This document shows, one piece after another, positions 60,547 through 64,000 of a DNA stretch of 64,000 nt. The notes below the pieces were generated by a model. The model saw only the letters and a list, made by a program, of their open reading frames with translations, was not told where the DNA came from and ran no database searches. A program made the position numbers and the translations under genes. The DNA comes from Terriglobia bacterium (GTDB lineage Bacteria; Acidobacteriota; Terriglobia; Terriglobales; Acidobacteriaceae). The stretch lies in the NCBI GenBank assembly GCA_963788505.1, contig CAWBGY010000005.1, positions 447,565 through 511,564 of the forward strand, written 5' to 3'. Position 1 is the first letter of the stretch; each line of letters starts with the position of its first letter.

Positions 60547-60723
60547 ATGAGTAAGAACCCGGAACGAAAACTGTTAATCGGCTACATCTACGGACTCTAT
60601 GCCTTCGATCGGGGCGGCGAGTGCAAGCGCTGTCACGAAAGGGATCGGAAGCTCAACAAGGCTGGCCACTGTGAACCTTGCCAGGACGAACTGGACGGGA
60701 AGGCGGGAGTCAAGCGCCAATAG
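60547..60723 (+). CDS. Candidate 58-aa zinc-ribbon mini-protein (below the ORF-track cut-off)
   Basis: ATG 60547 to TAG 60721-60723: MSKNPERKLLIGYIYGLYAFDRGGECKRCHERDRKLNKAGHCEPCQDELDGKAGVKRQ. CxxC-x13-CxxC. Third-position G/C bias looks coding-like. No clear RBS. Confidence 0.35.
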   Translation: MSKNPERKLLIGYIYGLYAFDRGGECKRCHERDRKLNKAGHCEPCQDELDGKAGVKRQ

Positions 60724-60802
60724 GTCCCGTCTCATAAACGGGAATCGAGGACCGCTCAAGTCTTGCGGCGGCGCCGCCGATAATTTCAGTGGAGGTCAAC
60801 TG

Positions 60803-61174
60803 ATGTCCGAAGCCACGGCTATCGACCGCTCACCAGATTTCACCGCCCTTCGCCGCTGGCCGCGATACAAGGTCAACGTCCCCATTCGCGTGATCGTCTC
60901 GCGGGCCATGAAGGCCTCCATTTTTGACGGCCGGGGAACTTCCCTGAGCGAAGGCGGAATGGCGTTGTTTGCCGGAGCGGAGTTGAGGCCGGGCGACCAG
61001 GTGGCCGTCGAATTTACTCCCCCCTTTTCTTCCCCTCCGATCCGGGTGGACGCAAAAATCTGCAATCGGACCGGCTATCACTACGGGGTCGAGTTTCTGG
61101 TGGCCGACAATGCCCAGCAGCAAAGCGTGGCCGAACTGCGCATGCATCTGACGAGTTTCGCCACCGTCAGCTGA
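60803..61174 (+). CDS. PilZ-domain protein
   Basis: GGAGG RBS then ATG 60803. RRWPRYKV (RxxxR) and GTSLSEGGMAL (xxSxxG; the D/N position is not conserved). 123 aa single-domain protein. Confidence 0.7.
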   Translation: MSEATAIDRSPDFTALRRWPRYKVNVPIRVIVSRAMKASIFDGRGTSLSEGGMALFAGAELRPGDQVAVEFTPPFSSPPIRVDAKICNRTGYHYGVEFLVADNAQQQSVAELRMHLTSFATVS

Positions 61175-61196
61175 ACCAACCGGTCAGGGAGTAAGG

Positions 61197-61505
61197 CTAT
61201 GGCGCCAGCAGCGTCTGCAGGTCGGCGCGGAAGCAACGCAGGGCTTCCAGTCTCTCCGGGGTGGCGTCCACAATCTCATGCTTGGCCTGGAAGACTTGAT
61301 GTCCTTCTTTCTCGGTCAGGACTCCGATGGCTTCTCCCATCCGCCAGCCGGGTGTACCCAGCATTTGCAGCCCATCGACCGAGGGCACGAGGAGCGCAAC
61401 GCAATCGTTGCGCACGACGCCAACACACTTGGGAAAACGGTGAAACGTGTGGAGATCAAACCCGGCGAGATAAATACGCTGCAGTTGGTGGGCAGAATCA
61501 GGCAT
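61197..61505 (-). CDS. Hypothetical protein
   Basis: 102-aa ORF with coding-like composition. No motif recognised. Confidence 0.45.
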   Translation of the reverse strand: MPDSAHQLQRIYLAGFDLHTFHRFPKCVGVVRNDCVALLVPSVDGLQMLGTPGWRMGEAIGVLTEKEGHQVFQAKHEIVDATPERLEALRCFRADLQTLLAP

Positions 61506-61566
61506 GAAACGCTTCTGGCTCCCGGCTGCGGGACCAAGAGCCGCTGGCTAGCAGCCAAGAGCTGCT

Positions 61567-62052
61567 TTACATCTTGTATCTGCCCAGGTCTTCGTCGTTC
61601 AGTCCTTCCAGCCATTTGCGCAGTTCTTCGCTGGTGACGCGGTCAGAAACGTTGGCGGCCTGTTTGGAGTTTTTCAGGACATCGTCTTCGACGAATATCG
61701 GGCAATCCACGCGCAGGGCGAGGGCCAGGGCATCGGACGGCCGGGAATCGATGCTGATCACGTTTCCCTGCCGCTCCATCCAAATCACGGCGTAAAAGGT
61801 GTCTTCCTTCAGCTCCGTGACCACCACTTTGTGCACCTGGGTGTCCAGCCCGACCAGAACATTCTTGATCAAATCGTGGGTCATGGGACGCGGAGTGCTG
61901 ACTTTCTCGATCTCGAGTGCGATGGCGTTCGCCTCGTAAATCCCCACCCAAATGGGAAGGACTGCATCGCCGCTGGTGTCTTTCAGGATCACGATGGGCA
62001 TGTTGGTGACGGGATCCATCATGAGCCCGCGAATTTTCATTTCGACTTCCAT
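61567..62052 (-). CDS. Bifunctional nuclease (DUF151/BFN) family protein
   Basis: MPIVILKDTSGDAVLPIWVGIYEANAIALEIE...RPMTHDL...DTFYAVIWMERQGNVISIDSRPSDALALALR signature, with an acidic UVR-like tail. Confidence 0.8.
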   Translation of the reverse strand: MEVEMKIRGLMMDPVTNMPIVILKDTSGDAVLPIWVGIYEANAIALEIEKVSTPRPMTHDLIKNVLVGLDTQVHKVVVTELKEDTFYAVIWMERQGNVISIDSRPSDALALALRVDCPIFVEDDVLKNSKQAANVSDRVTSEELRKWLEGLNDEDLGRYKM

Positions 62053-62175
62053 CCTGGCCCCCGGGGCGACTGCGGACTGCAGATTTAGATTTGTAGATGA
62101 CAGATTTTGAGCTTCATTCGAATCTGAAATCTTCCACCTGAGACCTGCGATCTGAAATCATCCCTCCTTTGCTCC

Positions 62176-63504
62176 TTATATCACCATTTCGCCCAACAGG
62201 CTGTTGGGAAAGCATCCGGTGGTAACCACGGGAATATAACTGCCCGTTTCCGGAAGCACGCCCTGCGGGGTGGTGAAATTCAAGGTCTTGTTTTGCGAAG
62301 TGCGCCCAATCCATTGTCCCCGGGCTTCGTTCTTGCCTTCAACCATAACCTCAAGCACCTGCCCCAGGTGGCGCTGATAGCGACGCCTTTGAATCTCCCG
62401 CTGCTTCTCCTGCAAGATGGTCAGCCGACGAGCTTTCTCCGCGTCCGGAATCGCATCTTCCAGGAGCAGGGACGGCGTATTCGGACGAGGCGAATACTTG
62501 AAACAGAAAATGCTGTCGTACTCCACTTCATCCAACAGGGACAAAGTCTGCTCAAAATCGGCCTGGGTTTCGCCCGGAAAGCCGACGATCATATCCGAAG
62601 TAATACTAATTTCCCGCTTGGCTGCCTTTATCCAGGCAATGCGCTCCAGGTACTGCTCCCGGGTGTAGAGCCGCTGCATGGCATCGAGCACCCGGTCGGA
62701 GCCGCTCTGCACGGGCAGATGCACGTGGTCGCAGAGGCTGGAAACCGAATCGATGGCCTGGACAATGTCACGGCCAAAATCCCGGGGATGCGAGGTCGTG
62801 AACCGCACTCTCCTGATGCCGGGAAGCTCGCCCACTGCAGCCAGAAGTTCGGCGAAGGTCTTCTTTCCGGAAGGATCCTGGTACGAGTTCACGTTCTGGC
62901 CGAGAAGCTGGACTTCGGTATAGCCCAGATCAGCCATCCGCCGGGCTTCCGCCAGCACGGAATCCGAGGTGCGGCTGCGCTCCTTACCGCGGGTGAAGGG
63001 CACCACGCAGTATGCGCAGAATTTGTCACAGCCCTCGATGATGGTGAGATAGCCCCGGTGCGGGTTGGTGCGGGCAGTAAATTCGGTCTCAAAGCATTCG
63101 TCGGTCTCGCGGTCGTCCAGACCCGTGATCCGCTGCTTCCCTGCCTCGAGTTGCACCAGCATCTGCGGCAGATTGCGATACGAGGCGGAACCGCAAACCA
63201 GGGACACGTGGGGAGCGCGCTCGAAAATTTTCTCGCCTTCCTGTTGCGCAACGCAGCCCAGCACGCCAAAGCGCTTGCCTTGTTTCTGCAGCTTTTTGTA
63301 GTCGGCCAGGCGGTGAAAGACCTTCTGCTCGGCTTTATCCCGAATGGAACAAGTGTTGTAGAGGATCAGCCCGGCCTCTTCCACGGTGGGAACCTGCCGG
63401 TATCCCTGGGCCAGGAGCGTGCCGACGACCTTCTCCGAATCGTGGACGTTCATCTGGCAGCCAAAGACTTCCAGGTAAAACGTCTTTTCAGGGTCCACCA
63501 CCAT
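62176..63504 (-). CDS. miaB: tRNA-2-methylthio-N6-dimethylallyladenosine synthase (radical SAM methylthiotransferase)
   Basis: FYLEVFGCQMNVHDSE (UPF0004 domain), IIEGCDKFCAYCVVPFTRG (CxxxCxxC), C-terminal TRAM domain. ATG 63504 preferred over TTG 63534. Confidence 0.9.
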   Translation of the reverse strand: MVVDPEKTFYLEVFGCQMNVHDSEKVVGTLLAQGYRQVPTVEEAGLILYNTCSIRDKAEQKVFHRLADYKKLQKQGKRFGVLGCVAQQEGEKIFERAPHVSLVCGSASYRNLPQMLVQLEAGKQRITGLDDRETDECFETEFTARTNPHRGYLTIIEGCDKFCAYCVVPFTRGKERSRTSDSVLAEARRMADLGYTEVQLLGQNVNSYQDPSGKKTFAELLAAVGELPGIRRVRFTTSHPRDFGRDIVQAIDSVSSLCDHVHLPVQSGSDRVLDAMQRLYTREQYLERIAWIKAAKREISITSDMIVGFPGETQADFEQTLSLLDEVEYDSIFCFKYSPRPNTPSLLLEDAIPDAEKARRLTILQEKQREIQRRRYQRHLGQVLEVMVEGKNEARGQWIGRTSQNKTLNFTTPQGVLPETGSYIPVVTTGCFPNSLLGEMVI

Positions 63505-63709
63505 CGCAACTTCAGTATAGCGCAGTCGTGTCAACGGTCGCCGCGACTCCGCTTCCCTGCTCCCAGCCTTGCACAGGCATCCTCAGTTTTTCCACAATCC
63601 GTATGTCCTGAAAGCCTTGACTGGCGGGCAATCTCATCGCCCCGTGGCCATGTCAACCAAATTGCACTGGCCGATGCCAGTGGGGCGTGAAAGACCGGGA
63701 GACAAGCCG

Positions 63710-63737
63710 TTGACAAAAATTTCTTTAGGACTAGAAT
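63710..63737 (+). promoter_or_regulatory. Candidate sigma70-type promoter for purC
   Basis: TTGACA-16 nt-TAGAAT, about 33 nt upstream of ATG 63770. Confidence 0.45.
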
Positions 63738-63769
63738 ACGCGACGATTTCTGCCTGTAGAATTTCACTC

Positions 63770-64000
63770 ATGACCCCTGAACTTCTCGACTCCGTTTTGT
63801 TGCAGACCGACTTCCCCGAACTGAGACTGCACGCCAGCGGCAAGGTGCGTGACGTCTACAACCTGGATGAGAACCGTTTGCTGTTCGTTGCCACCGACCG
63901 TATCTCCGCGTTTGATTACGTGCTCGCCACCGGCATCCCTCACAAGGGCCGGGTGCTCACGCAACTTTCACTTTTCTGGTTTGATTTTCTTCGCGACCTG
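63770..64000 (+). CDS. purC: Phosphoribosylaminoimidazole-succinocarboxamide synthase, 3'-truncated by window edge
   Basis: Own translation from ATG 63770: [83 protein letters not shown] synthetase N-terminal motifs. Not in the ORF track because it runs off the window. Confidence 0.85.
   Translation, partial: MTPELLDSVLLQTDFPELRLHASGKVRDVYNLDENRLLFVATDRISAFDYVLATGIPHKGRVLTQLSLFWFDFLRDL

Noticed and set aside
60315-60759. Minus-strand ORFs 60315..60548 (77 aa) and 60574..60759 (61 aa).
   Set aside because: The first is the translation of the 30-bp direct repeats plus an Arg-rich non-coding-like N-terminus. The second is antisense to the better-looking zinc-ribbon mini-ORF. Neither has an RBS or motif.

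Overview
GC-rich (by eye about 60 %) bacterial chromosomal segment, densely coding on both strands. Gene content and intergenic repeat families remind me of Acidobacteria; this is inference from memory and is unverified. Most genes are housekeeping: a 5'-partial SSS transporter, a GH15 glucoamylase, an M48 protease, an ECF sigma/anti-sigma pair, a lytic transglycosylase, ileS-lspA, a TonB-like protein, murI, uvrA, an aa3-type cytochrome c oxidase operon, pdxR/pdxS/pdxT, vapBC, an ArsR-SRPBCC pair, smc, an M20 peptidase, a thiO-like oxidase, two PTPS paralogues plus folE, a rhomboid protease, truB, miaB and a 3'-partial purC. I found no rRNA, tRNA, CRISPR array, transposase or phage genes. Four things stand out. 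(1) A compact, apparently P19-less Ftr/Fet-type iron-uptake operon (17998-22878). Its FTR1 permease is fused to a DUF2318-like Cys-rich domain, and its ABC ATPase is fused to a complete DtxR-like metal-sensor module. A perfect 19-bp palindrome sits in the leader. (2) At least three families of structured intergenic repeats. One is a family of ~190-200 bp elements with conserved termini and covarying internal hairpins. Another includes a pair of ~89 % identical 162-nt elements in inverted orientation that bracket a 4.2 kb four-gene block. (3) About two dozen reading-frame breaks in otherwise conserved genes, six of them in ileS. Every break I could resolve needs removal of exactly one base, and most cluster at 7.6-15.6 kb. 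I read these as insertion-type sequence errors, not biology, and I annotated gene models across them. (4) Several smaller oddities: pdxS and pdxT are separated by two antisense paralogous secreted proteins, there is a heptamer-array hairpin at the pdxR/pdxS promoter, and three 30-bp direct repeats lie upstream of a zinc-ribbon mini-ORF and a PilZ gene. All family assignments come from reading motifs by eye. No database search was run.
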